Shown here: positions 15,987 to 24,347 of the stretch, one piece after another | Position numbering within the stretch: position 1 is the stretch's first letter | Layout of the letters: each line of letters begins with the position of its first letter | The notes under the pieces: generated by a model | The model's database searches: none | The model's input: only the letters and a program-made list of their open reading frames with translations | Told to the model about the DNA's origin: nothing | Translations under genes and position numbers: made by a program | NCBI RefSeq assembly: GCF_000010625.1 | Contig: NC_010296.1 | Span: 960,001-992,000, forward strand | Length of the DNA stretch: 32,000 nt | Source: Microcystis aeruginosa NIES-843 | GTDB lineage: Bacteria > Cyanobacteriota > Cyanobacteriia > Cyanobacteriales > Microcystaceae | Direction of reading: 5' to 3'

Positions 15987-16087
15987 AATAAAATTTTCCC
16001 AAGCTCTCAGACGAGGTTTTCCCCCCGTATCTCTTACCTAAGACAGAGGCTGTCAAAGAATAAAATTTTCCCAAGCTCTCAGATGAG
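15987..16087 (+). repeat. Two 29-nt direct repeats (1 mismatch), period 72 nt, upstream of pgl
   Basis: AATAAAATTTTCCCAAGCTCTCAGA(C/T)GAG at 15987-16015 and 16059-16087. Confidence 0.7.
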
Positions 16088-16141
16088 TCCTGAATGGTTA
16101 GCCTATAGTAAAGACAGCCCCCTGAGTTGATAACAAAACCC

Positions 16142-16864
16142 ATGCAGAAATTGGTGGAAGTTTTAGCTGATAAACAAGCTCTGATCGCAAAATCTCTGGC
16201 GCTGGTTCTGGAAAAAATCACAACCAGCCTCGACCAACAGGACTATTTTACCATCGCTCTGTCCGGCGGTAGTACCCCGAAACCTCTCTACGAAGCTTTA
16301 TCCTCTCAACCCCTCGACTGGTCAAAAATTCACGTTTTCTGGGGAGATGAGCGCTACGTTAGTCCCGATCATCCTGACAGTAATCAACGCATGGCCCGGT
16401 TAGCATGGCTCGATCGCATACCGATCCCAGCCGCTAATATTCATCCTGTGCCCACGGATGACCCCGATCCCCAGCTGGCCGCCCAAAAATACGATGATCA
16501 TCTCCGCCAATGGTTTGGGGTCAATTCTCCCGATTTTCCCGTTTTTGACCTGATTTTATTGGGAATGGGCGATGATGGTCACACCGCCTCTCTCTTTCCC
16601 CACACGGCAGCTTTAACGGTGAGCGATCGCTGTATCACCGTCGGCGAGAAAGACGGCAATCCCCGCTTAACTTTTACCGTTCCCCTGATCAATCAGGCCC
16701 GTTGTGTGATCTTTATCGCTGCCGGCGAAAGTAAACGCCCCGCTCTACATGAGATTTTCTCTGCCTATGGTGACTCTTTCTCCTATCCTTCCCGTCTCAT
16801 CCACCCCTCGGCCGGGGAATTATATTGGTTGCTCGATGCGGCCGCTGGTTCCTCTTTTGTCTAG
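16142..16864 (+). CDS. pgl: 6-phosphogluconolactonase
   Basis: LSGGSTPKPLYEAL, WGDERYV and GMGDDGHTASLFP motifs. ATG 16142 is preferred over the track's TTG at 16127. Confidence 0.9.
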   Translation: MQKLVEVLADKQALIAKSLALVLEKITTSLDQQDYFTIALSGGSTPKPLYEALSSQPLDWSKIHVFWGDERYVSPDHPDSNQRMARLAWLDRIPIPAANIHPVPTDDPDPQLAAQKYDDHLRQWFGVNSPDFPVFDLILLGMGDDGHTASLFPHTAALTVSDRCITVGEKDGNPRLTFTVPLINQARCVIFIAAGESKRPALHEIFSAYGDSFSYPSRLIHPSAGELYWLLDAAAGSSFV

Positions 16865-17100
16865 AGAATAGGGGAACAGGGGAATAGGGAAATGGGGGAA
16901 TTCAACTAAAACCCCAACACCCCAACACCCTAAAACCCCAACACCCCAAAACCCCAAAACCCTAACACCCCAACACCCCAAAACCCCAAAACCCTAACAC
17001 CCCGACACCCCGAAAACCCTAACACCCCAACACCCCAAAACCCCAAAACCCTAACACCCCAACCCCTAATCTGCTTTTTTACTTTTTACTTTTTACTTTT
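16865..17100. repeat. Heptamer (STRR-like) array, left arm of an inverted pair flanking the FHA gene
   Basis: GGGGAAT/GGGAAAT units, the core GGGGAATAGGGAAATGGGGGAATTCAACTAAAACC (16879-16913), then CCCCAAC/CCCCAAA/CCCTAAC heptamers and 3x TACTTTT. Confidence 0.8.
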
Positions 17101-17109
17101 TCCTTAAAA

Positions 17110-17736
17110 ATGATCGTTTGTCCTAATTGCGAACATACTAACCCCGATGAGGCCAGTCAATGCGAGGCCTGTTACACTCCCTTGCCGCGGATGTCTTCCT
17201 GTCCTAGTTGTGGGGCAACCATCCAAACTGATGCCACCTTTTGCGGTCAGTGTGGCTACAATTTACAGCCTAATTCCGTTCCCATGGTGGCAGCCCAACC
17301 CGAATCGGAACCTGAACCCGTCCCACCAGTCCCTACACCCACCGTCGCCTCGATCGCACCTCCTCCTGTTGCCCCTCCACCGGTTCGGGCTGCCACCCGC
17401 TTACAGACGGAAATAGCTAGTTTGCAGCACCTGCAAACCGATAGCAAAATTGAATTACCCCTACATCTATCGGTAATTCATATCGGCAAACCTAACGATC
17501 GCATTCCCCCCGATATCGATGTTTCCGGTTTTCCCGATTCTGATATCGTCTCCCGGGTTCATGGCGATATCCGCGTCGAAGCGGGCCTCTATTACCTCGA
17601 AGACAGCGGCAGCGCTAACGGAACCTACGTTAATCACACTCCCCTACCCCCCGGCAATCGTCATCGTCTCCGGGCTGGCGATCGCATTTCCCTCGGTAAA
17701 GGCGACAAAATGACTTTTATTTTCCAAATGTCCTAA
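17110..17736 (+). CDS. FHA-domain protein with N-terminal double zinc-ribbon and Pro-rich linker
   Basis: CPNCEH..CEAC and CPSCGA..CGQCG ribbons, a PEPVPPVPTP linker, and a C-terminal FHA core (IGK...VSRVHGDI...YYLEDSGSANGTYVN...L..GDRISLG). Confidence 0.85.
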   Translation: MIVCPNCEHTNPDEASQCEACYTPLPRMSSCPSCGATIQTDATFCGQCGYNLQPNSVPMVAAQPESEPEPVPPVPTPTVASIAPPPVAPPPVRAATRLQTEIASLQHLQTDSKIELPLHLSVIHIGKPNDRIPPDIDVSGFPDSDIVSRVHGDIRVEAGLYYLEDSGSANGTYVNHTPLPPGNRHRLRAGDRISLGKGDKMTFIFQMS

Positions 17737-17737
17737 A

Positions 17738-17985
17738 AGGGGACAGGTGTTAGGGGTTAGGGGTTAGGGTTTTCGGGTTTTCGGGTTTTCGGGTGTTGGG
17801 GTTTTCGGGTTTTCGGGTTTTCGGGTTTTAGCTGAATTCCCCCATTTCCCTATTCCCCCATTCCCCTATTCCCCCATTTCCCCATTTCCCACTTCCCCAC
17901 TTCCCCACTTCCCCACTTCCCCACTTCCCCACTTCCCCACTTCCCCACTTCCCCATTCCCCCACTTCCCCACTTCCCCCACTGAA
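17738..17985. repeat. Heptamer array, right arm (inverted relative to 16865-17100)
   Basis: GGTTTTAGCTGAATTCCCCCATTTCCCTATTCCCC (17824-17858) is the reverse complement of the left-arm core with one mismatch. It is flanked by GGGTTTTC heptamers and about 10x CACTTCC. Confidence 0.8.
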
Positions 17986-17989
17986 AATT

Positions 17990-19237
17990 ATGCCTACAAA
18001 TTGGCGAATCGGCTCTTTATTGGGCATTCCTCTCTATATTGATTCCTCGTGGTTTTTGATTCTGGCTTTTGTCACCTTGATCAATGCCACTGATGCAGAA
18101 ATTCAGTCTCTGGCCGCCCAGAGTTCTGTTTTAGCGTGGTTACTTGGTTTTATCATGGCTTTATTGCTGTTTATCTCGGTTTTACTCCACGAATTAGGTC
18201 ATAGTTTAATGGCTCGTTGCCAAGGCATCGAGGTCAATTCCATTACCCTGTTTCTCTTTGGGGGTATGGCTTCGATCGATCGAGAATCGCGGACTCCTCC
18301 AGAGGCCCTGCAAGTAGCGATCGCTGGACCCGCCGTTAGTTTTCTCCTGTTTTGTCTCTTATCCCTAGCCAGTCACTTACCCTATTTAAACGCCAATTTA
18401 ACTTATATATGCGGACATTTAGCGATAATTAACCTGTTTTTGGCTCTATTTAATCTTATCCCCGGTTTACCCCTCGATGGGGGTCAAATTTTAAAAGCAA
18501 TGGTCTGGCAAGCGACTGGCGATCGCTGGAAGGGTTTACATTGGGCTGCGATCAGTGGTCAATTCATCGGTTGGTTGGGGATTATTTTAGGGATTTTCTT
18601 GGTTCTCTTGACGGCAGATGTGGGGGGTGCCTGGTTAGGATTAATGGGCTGGTTTATCCTCAGAAATGCCAGCGCCTACGATAATTTGACTAATTTACAG
18701 GAAAGTCTCCTCAATTTTACAGCGGGAGAGGTGATGAGCAGAGATTTGCGGGTTTTAAACGCCCATCAAACCCTACAGGAATTCGCCCAAGAATACGTTT
18801 TAGACCGAGCGGCTGCCAATACTGCTTATTTTGCCGCTTCCGAGGGACGTTATCGGGGATTAATTCGGGTGGAAGATTTACAGGCGATCGAGCGGAGTTT
18901 ATGGTCAGAAAAACAACTGCTTGATATTGCCCATCCCCTCACGGAAATTCCCAGTGTTGAGGAAAAAACCCCCTTAGTGACAGTGGTGCAGAAATTGGAA
19001 ACCATCCAGGACCCGATGATCACGGTGTTAACACCAGCCTCCGCCGTAGCGGGAGTGATCGATCGCGGCGATATCCTCAAGGCAATTGCGATTAAATACC
19101 AAATTCCCCTAGAGGAAACGGATATTGAACGCGCTCGCGAGGGAGTTTACCCCAGTTATTTGCCCTTAAATGTTATTGCTGCCGCTCTCGACAAGAGTGA
19201 ACCGCCAAAAATCGGCGAACCGTCCTTAATGTCCTGA
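17990..19237 (+). CDS. Site-2 protease family (M50) zinc metalloprotease with tandem CBS domains
   Basis: HELGHS zinc motif in a polytopic membrane N-terminal half, NLIPGLPLDGG motif, and a C-terminal CBS pair. Confidence 0.85.
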   Translation: MPTNWRIGSLLGIPLYIDSSWFLILAFVTLINATDAEIQSLAAQSSVLAWLLGFIMALLLFISVLLHELGHSLMARCQGIEVNSITLFLFGGMASIDRESRTPPEALQVAIAGPAVSFLLFCLLSLASHLPYLNANLTYICGHLAIINLFLALFNLIPGLPLDGGQILKAMVWQATGDRWKGLHWAAISGQFIGWLGIILGIFLVLLTADVGGAWLGLMGWFILRNASAYDNLTNLQESLLNFTAGEVMSRDLRVLNAHQTLQEFAQEYVLDRAAANTAYFAASEGRYRGLIRVEDLQAIERSLWSEKQLLDIAHPLTEIPSVEEKTPLVTVVQKLETIQDPMITVLTPASAVAGVIDRGDILKAIAIKYQIPLEETDIERAREGVYPSYLPLNVIAAALDKSEPPKIGEPSLMS

Positions 19238-19920
19238 CGTAGAGAGGATGGAAGATAATAATCTTGAATATGGCTAATCCGAAAATTTCCTCGCTGGTTA
19301 ACCTGCCACAATTTCCCCGTTTCCACATCTAAACAACTTAACCAGCCTTGGCCGTAGGCCCAAGTATCAATACAAATGGCATGGCCGAGATTAATCGGTT
19401 TCCCGCTTTTTTGGCTGGTATGGCCGCAAATCATGGTTTTTCCCGAACTATGGGCGGCGGGATATTGAAATTTCTCCCAAAAGAGTTTGTATTCTGGTTG
19501 TCTGGCTAGGGGTAGATGGGGATCGAGACTAGCGTGAACAAATAAATGATTTGCAGTTTCGTAGCTATTTATACAGACTTTTCCTAAAAAATCCCAGTGA
19601 GATTCGGGAATTTTAATCAGGTGGCCTTCGCTATAGGATTTGAGGGTGGCTTTACCGCCTTTTTCTAACCAGAGACGCTGTTTGAGGGGGTTATTACGGG
19701 CTTGCAGCATGATAATCTCGTGATTACCCTTGAGGGGAATCAAATTTCCCTGTTTATGTAGGGAAATCAGGCGATCGATCACCCCTTTCGAGTCTCTGCC
19801 CTTATTAACGTAATCACCGAGGGTGATTAAAGTATCTTGCGGTTTGGGGTTGACGATCTCTAGTAAGTGATCTAGAGCTTTCGAGCAACCATGAATATCG
19901 CCGATCGCTAAGGTTCGCAT
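19156..19920 (-). CDS. Metallophosphoesterase (PPP-family Ser/Thr phosphatase / ApaH-like)
   Basis: GDIHGC, GDYVNKG, GNHE and GHT motifs. The 3' end overlaps the convergent M50 gene by 82 nt. Confidence 0.85.
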   Translation of the reverse strand: MRTLAIGDIHGCSKALDHLLEIVNPKPQDTLITLGDYVNKGRDSKGVIDRLISLHKQGNLIPLKGNHEIIMLQARNNPLKQRLWLEKGGKATLKSYSEGHLIKIPESHWDFLGKVCINSYETANHLFVHASLDPHLPLARQPEYKLFWEKFQYPAAHSSGKTMICGHTSQKSGKPINLGHAICIDTWAYGQGWLSCLDVETGKLWQVNQRGNFRISHIQDYYLPSSLRQDIKDGSPIFGGSLLSRAAAITFKGK

Positions 19921-19949
19921 GAGGATTTGGTAGGGGATTAGGGCATAGG

Positions 19950-20168
19950 TAGGGTTTGCGGCAAAAAGTTTTTCGTAGGGGTAGGGTGTGGGGTGTGGGG
20001 TGTAGGGTGTAGGGTTTTACCGATTTTGAGGTAGTCAGTTACCTAATTTTCAGGGAAAAAGTCCAGGGATTTTACCCCCGATCACTCCAATGGTAGGCAC
20101 TTTTTGAGGGGAAAAAAGTCTAAAAACCTTATCCAACAAAGTTTTTAGATTTATTTAGCAAGCCCTAG
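19950..20168. repeat. ~219-bp MITE-like repeat, copy 2 (same orientation as 10267-10484)
   Basis: Colinear with copy 1, including TTTTACCGATTTTGAGG, CCTAATTTTCAGGGAAAAAGTCC and TTTTTGAGGGGAAAAAAGTC blocks. Confidence 0.65.
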
Positions 20169-20297
20169 GTACAGGTAAAAGTATTAAAGAAATCTGTTCA
20201 CGACAAACAGCGATTATCGGTGATCTTGCTTAGGGTAACAAAAAGGCTTACAGTAAAATGTACCATAAATTATCAAATCTACTAAATTAATTAAGCT

Positions 20298-21023
20298 GTG
20301 CCGAAAGTTGTTATTGCAGGTAACTGGAAAATGCACAAAACCCAGAGAGAAGCTTTGGAGTTTTTGCAAGATTTTAAATCCCATCTAGAGGAAACCCCCG
20401 ACGACCGAGAAGTAGTTCTTTGCGCGCCTTTCACAGCTTTAGCTGTCCTCTCTAAAACCCTCCACGGTGGTCGTATTCGCTTGGGGGCGCAAAATGTCCA
20501 CTGGGAAAAATCGGGGGCTTATACGGGGGAAATTTCGGCGGATATGTTAACCGAAATCGGGGTTCACTATGTGGTTATCGGTCACAGTGAACGCCGTCAA
20601 TATTTCGGCGAAACCGATGAAACCGTCAATTTAAGGGTCATATCTGCCCAAAAACAAGGTTTAATCCCGATTATCTGCGTGGGAGAAAGTAAAGCCCAAA
20701 GAGATGCCGGAGAAACGGAAAAGGTAATTATCAAGCAAATTCAAGCAGGTTTAGTCAATGTTGACCAAAAAAACCTCGTTATCGCCTACGAACCCATTTG
20801 GGCGATTGGCACGGGGGAAACCTGCGAAAGCGAGGAAGCTAATCGAGTTATCGGTTTGATTCGGCAACAATTAGACAATCCCGAAGTAACCATTCAGTAC
20901 GGTGGTTCGGTAAAACCCGATAATATCGATGAAATTATGGCCCAATCGCAGATAAACGGGGCTTTAGTCGGTGGGGCGAGTCTAGACCCCGCCGTATTCG
21001 CCAGAATTGTTAATTATCGTTAA
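20298..21023 (+). CDS. tpiA: Triose-phosphate isomerase
   Basis: [25 protein letters not shown] and GGASL motifs. GTG start. Confidence 0.95.
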   Translation: MPKVVIAGNWKMHKTQREALEFLQDFKSHLEETPDDREVVLCAPFTALAVLSKTLHGGRIRLGAQNVHWEKSGAYTGEISADMLTEIGVHYVVIGHSERRQYFGETDETVNLRVISAQKQGLIPIICVGESKAQRDAGETEKVIIKQIQAGLVNVDQKNLVIAYEPIWAIGTGETCESEEANRVIGLIRQQLDNPEVTIQYGGSVKPDNIDEIMAQSQINGALVGGASLDPAVFARIVNYR

Positions 21024-21802
21024 TCGATTTCTGCTGCCATGACGCTATTTTCTAAAACCCCGATGCCTTCTATTTCCACCCGAACCTTATCCCCCACCTG
21101 CAGCGGTCCGATTCCTTCGGGAGTTCCCGTTAAAATCACATCCCCCGGCAGCAGGGTCATCACTTGAGAGATATAAGCCACCAAGACATCGGGGGGAAAG
21201 ACCATATCACTCAGATAACTGCTTTGTTTCGGTTCGCTGCCATCATTGAGAAAAGTGGTTAATTGCGCCCCGATACTCAATTCCCGGACAATCCAGGGGC
21301 CGAGGGGACAAAAACTGTCAAATCCTTTCGCCCGCGTCCATTGGCTATCTTTTTTCTGTAAATCCCTAGCGGTGACATCGTTAGCAATGGTATAACCCCA
21401 GATTTTGCTTCTGGCTTGGGCTGTGGTGCAGTTTTTGGCGGTTTCTCCGATAATTAATGCTAATTCTCCCTCATAATCCACTCTTTCCGATTGGGGCGGA
21501 TAAAAAATCGTTTCACCGTCGGCGATAATTGTCGTCGGTGGCTTGAGAAATAAAAGCGGTTCTTCTGGTACAGGTGTTCCCATCTCGGCGGCGTGGGCGC
21601 GGTAATTTTTGCCCACGGCAATAATTTTCGACGGGAAACAGGGGGCTAATAGTTGGTAGCTATCAGGTTCTAATTCTAGCTTGGTTAGTTGCCCTCCTTG
21701 CCAGGGAGGGGCATCAAAGACGGCAACGCTACGGTTTAGCTGTAACAGTCCGTAGAAGATTTGTCCTTGACGATGTTTCACTCGTACATAGCGTTGCGCC
21801 AT
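21020..21802 (-). CDS. Fumarylacetoacetate hydrolase (FAH) family protein
   Basis: [23 protein letters not shown] and DVTARDLQ motifs. ATG 21802 (MAQRYVRV...) is preferred because the track's longer ORF runs into rpsF. Confidence 0.85.
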   Translation of the reverse strand: MAQRYVRVKHRQGQIFYGLLQLNRSVAVFDAPPWQGGQLTKLELEPDSYQLLAPCFPSKIIAVGKNYRAHAAEMGTPVPEEPLLFLKPPTTIIADGETIFYPPQSERVDYEGELALIIGETAKNCTTAQARSKIWGYTIANDVTARDLQKKDSQWTRAKGFDSFCPLGPWIVRELSIGAQLTTFLNDGSEPKQSSYLSDMVFPPDVLVAYISQVMTLLPGDVILTGTPEGIGPLQVGDKVRVEIEGIGVLENSVMAAEID

Positions 21803-21947
21803 ATTTTTCTGGGAATGACTAGCGATCGACTCTCGGATAGTAGTATGATCATATATCCTTGCTTCTTTATTAAAAGCTAGAGAGTTATGAAAATCAATTA
21901 ACCTCCGGTCTTGACAAAGAAGCCTTCTAGTCCATAAGGATTCTAAG

Positions 21948-22337
21948 ATGAGCAATAACTACGAAACTCTTTACATTCTCCGTCCCGATTTAGGGGAAGA
22001 AGTCGTTCAGCAACAAGTGGAACGTTATCGGACTCTGATTACCGAACACAGCGCCACAGACATTCAAGTGAAGGTGTGGGGTAAAAAACGTCTGGCCTAT
22101 CCCATCAAAAAACTCAATGATGGTGTCTATGTGCAGATGAATTATCAGGCCAGCGGCAAACAAGTCGCCCCCATGGAACGGGCCATGCGTTTAAGTGATG
22201 AGGTTATTCGTTATTTAACCCTAAAACTCGATCGCGTGGTAGCCCCCCCTGCCGATTTATCTCCCTTAACGGAAATTCCCCCCTCTCCTATCACCGAAGC
22301 GGTGGTGGAAGATGACGGTATCTCCGCTGAAGATTAA
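21948..22337 (+). CDS. rpsF: 30S ribosomal protein S6 (with acidic/Pro-rich C-terminal tail)
   Basis: [11 protein letters not shown]...[12 protein letters not shown]...GVYV is the canonical S6 sequence. Confidence 0.95.
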   Translation: MSNNYETLYILRPDLGEEVVQQQVERYRTLITEHSATDIQVKVWGKKRLAYPIKKLNDGVYVQMNYQASGKQVAPMERAMRLSDEVIRYLTLKLDRVVAPPADLSPLTEIPPSPITEAVVEDDGISAED

Positions 22338-22343
22338 TTATAG

Positions 22344-23000
22344 TCACAACTGTGTCGGGTCAATGCCCAATTCCCGTAATCGGGCAAAAGCGCGGTCGCG
22401 CTCTTGTTGTGCTTGGTTGCGTTCCTCAAAGAGGGTTTCAGGGTCTTTAAATCGTTCCCCATTGGGATAAAAGACCTCTAAACCCTCTTCAAACATCTCA
22501 AACCGAATCCCTAGGATTGGGGAAGTCCAAGGAAAATTCAAGGCCGTTACTGGGAAAAAATCCTCTTGCTGATTGGCCCGCACCAATCCCCAGAAATCAT
22601 GGGAGTCTGGGTCATAGAAAAACATTTCTAATACCCCATGCTCCCGATAGAAAGACTGCTTTTTGAGCATTTCCCTGGCACTATTGCTCGGAGAGAGGAT
22701 TTCAAACACTACCTGGGGGGCAATATTGTCTTCTTCCCATTGTTTATAGCTGCCGCGCTCACCCGGTGGACGGCCGAAAACTACCATGGCATCGGGAGCT
22801 TGACGGGGAGCGGGGGGGACAGTTACCTGCTGGGGATACCAGAGCAAATCTCCGGCAACAAAGACGGTTTGCCCTTTAAATAAATACCTGAGATTGGCAA
22901 CCAAGCGAACAATCCAGCGATATTGAACTGTGTTGTCGGCCATGGGTTTACCGTCGGAGTCAGGATAGAAAAGTTGGGGTTCGATGGGTGCTTGAACCAT
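22344..23000 (-). CDS. Uma2 (DUF820) family putative endonuclease, copy 1 (one NQAQQER unit)
   Basis: PDAMVVFG...VVFEILSPSN PD-(D/E)XK-like core. Convergent with rpsF, with only 6 nt between the stops. Confidence 0.85.
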   Translation of the reverse strand: MVQAPIEPQLFYPDSDGKPMADNTVQYRWIVRLVANLRYLFKGQTVFVAGDLLWYPQQVTVPPAPRQAPDAMVVFGRPPGERGSYKQWEEDNIAPQVVFEILSPSNSAREMLKKQSFYREHGVLEMFFYDPDSHDFWGLVRANQQEDFFPVTALNFPWTSPILGIRFEMFEEGLEVFYPNGERFKDPETLFEERNQAQQERDRAFARLRELGIDPTQL

Positions 23001-23061
23001 GCTTTATCTCTTGCGATCGCATTTTGTCCTAGCTTTATTGTATCATCGCAAATCCTTGGAT

Positions 23062-23092
23062 TGAAACCCCGTCCTTTTAGGACGGCTTTGCC
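23062..23092 (+). repeat. Hairpin repeat TGAAACCCCGTCCT-ttt-AGGACGGCTTTGCC upstream of Uma2 copy 1
   Basis: 7-bp stem and 3-nt loop, with the same flanks as the copies at 28250-28280 and 14235-14272. Confidence 0.6.
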
Positions 23093-23164
23093 TTAGACCT
23101 CCTGCCAAAGTTGTCTAAGTAACTTAGAGTATTGTTAAGATTTGATAAATTTAACGGCAAGAGC

Positions 23165-23193
23165 TTGACATCTACAGACAAAAATGCTACTCT
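23165..23193 (+). promoter_or_regulatory. Candidate sigma70-type promoter of PEP-CTERM gene 1
   Basis: TTGACA, 17-nt spacer, TACTCT. About 38 nt upstream of an AGGAGG SD and ATG 23231. Duplicated at 26111-26139 (TTGACA-17-TAATCT). Confidence 0.45.
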
Positions 23194-23230
23194 AGCGACC
23201 GCAACGCCATTTTTTAGGAGGCATTTAGTT

Positions 23231-23923
23231 ATGGTATTAGCAAAACTGATTGATTGTCGGGGGGGGGGTAAGAATAGCTTATCAAAAATAGCTATCGCTT
23301 CCTCTGCCATTGCTTTTAGCACTCTAGCAATATCACCAGTTCAAGCTGCTCAGCTAATTATTCCCAACACAACTGTTTTAGGGACTAATGTTTTTTCCGG
23401 GCCAACTTTCACGGTTTCTCAAAACTTTCTCCCGTCAGACACCTTAAGTGTTAATGTGTCTGGAACAGTAGATCTCTTTTTTGGACAATTTACTACTAAT
23501 GCCGCAGGTGTTATTGTCTCACCCTCAGTAACACATACGGGAAATAATCCGGGACAAGTTCTCGCCGGTCCCGGAGGTCGACCATTTGGTTCTCTGCTCA
23601 TTGGTAATAGCACACTGGGATTTTTTCCTCTATTCTCAGCTAATGCAGCCAATGGTTTAGGCAATGCCAATCCACCAACAAATTTATCATTGTCTGGTGT
23701 GCCTTTATCCAGTATCTTTACAAATGTAGGCTTTACGGGTATTGCTAATGGCACTGTTCTTGAGTTTCGTGTCAATGATCAGGATGTCAATGGTAATAGC
23801 GGTCAATTTGTCATTACCTCAACCCCTGAACCTAGCACAATTTTAGGCTTAGGTGTATTGGGATTTGGCGCTTTCTGCCAGCGCAAACTATCTCAAGGGA
23901 AGAAGTCAAAACAGGACAATTGA
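23231..23923 (+). CDS. PEP-CTERM sorting-domain secreted protein, paralog 1
   Basis: AGGAGG SD, signal peptide MVLAKLIDCRGGGKNSLSKIAIASSAIAFSTLAISPVQA, and C-terminal PEPSTILGLGVLGFGAFCQRKL (PEP motif + TM + basic tail). Confidence 0.85.
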   Translation: MVLAKLIDCRGGGKNSLSKIAIASSAIAFSTLAISPVQAAQLIIPNTTVLGTNVFSGPTFTVSQNFLPSDTLSVNVSGTVDLFFGQFTTNAAGVIVSPSVTHTGNNPGQVLAGPGGRPFGSLLIGNSTLGFFPLFSANAANGLGNANPPTNLSLSGVPLSSIFTNVGFTGIANGTVLEFRVNDQDVNGNSGQFVITSTPEPSTILGLGVLGFGAFCQRKLSQGKKSKQDN

Positions 23924-24150
23924 GTTGAGAACTTTGGGATTTATCCCCCCTTAATCTTCCCTGAATAAGGGGGATATCTGACAGTTTTTAACACCTACCT
24001 ACCTATAGAAAAATAGGGGTTGGGTTGAGCAATAGCAAGGCCCAACCTGCTATTTTATAATTGTCAAAGGTAGGTCTTTTTCTTTTCTAACTTCTCAACA
24101 TAAGTCAATGGCCTCTTTGATATTTTGTAGAGCTTCTTCTTGAGTCTCAC

Positions 24151-24341
24151 GAAGTCGTTCAGCAACAAGTCGCCCCATGGAACGGGCCATGGGTTTAAGT
24201 TATGAGGTGATTCTTTATTTAACCCTAAAACTCGATCGCGTGGTGGCTCCCCCGGCCAATTTATCTCCCTTAACGGAAATTCCGCCCTCTCCTATCACCG
24301 AAGCGGTGGTGGAAGATGACGGTATCTCCGCTGAAAATTAA
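24151..24341 (+). pseudogene. rpsF fragment (internally deleted copy), next to Uma2 copy 2
   Basis: Matches rpsF 21999-22018 joined directly to 22166-22337 (147-bp deletion at the 7-nt microhomology AACAAGT). One C is also lost from the C-run. Confidence 0.85.
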
Positions 24342-24347
24342 TTATAG

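Noticed and set aside
17147-17713. ORFs 17147-17416(+), 17256-17447(-) and 17519-17713(+) within the FHA gene
   Set aside because: They are alternate frames of a Pro-rich, GC-rich segment. The annotated frame carries both zinc ribbons and the FHA core.
19156-19237. 82-nt convergent overlap of the M50 protease and phosphatase genes as a possible frameshift or annotation error
   Set aside because: Both ORFs are uninterrupted and their conserved cores lie well outside the overlap. The tails may be over-extended, but nothing in the sequence shows a disruption. Left as annotated.
21803-21955. Upstream extension of the FAH-family ORF overlapping the rpsF start
   Set aside because: The homologous family starts near MAQRYVRV. 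The extension has no family similarity and would overlap the divergent rpsF promoter and start.
23474-23587. Diversity-generating retroelement (DGR) as the source of the PEP-CTERM variable cassette
   Set aside because: The window has no reverse transcriptase and no template repeat. The substitutions are not confined to adenine positions, and there is a 9-nt length difference. Cassette exchange or gene conversion fits better.
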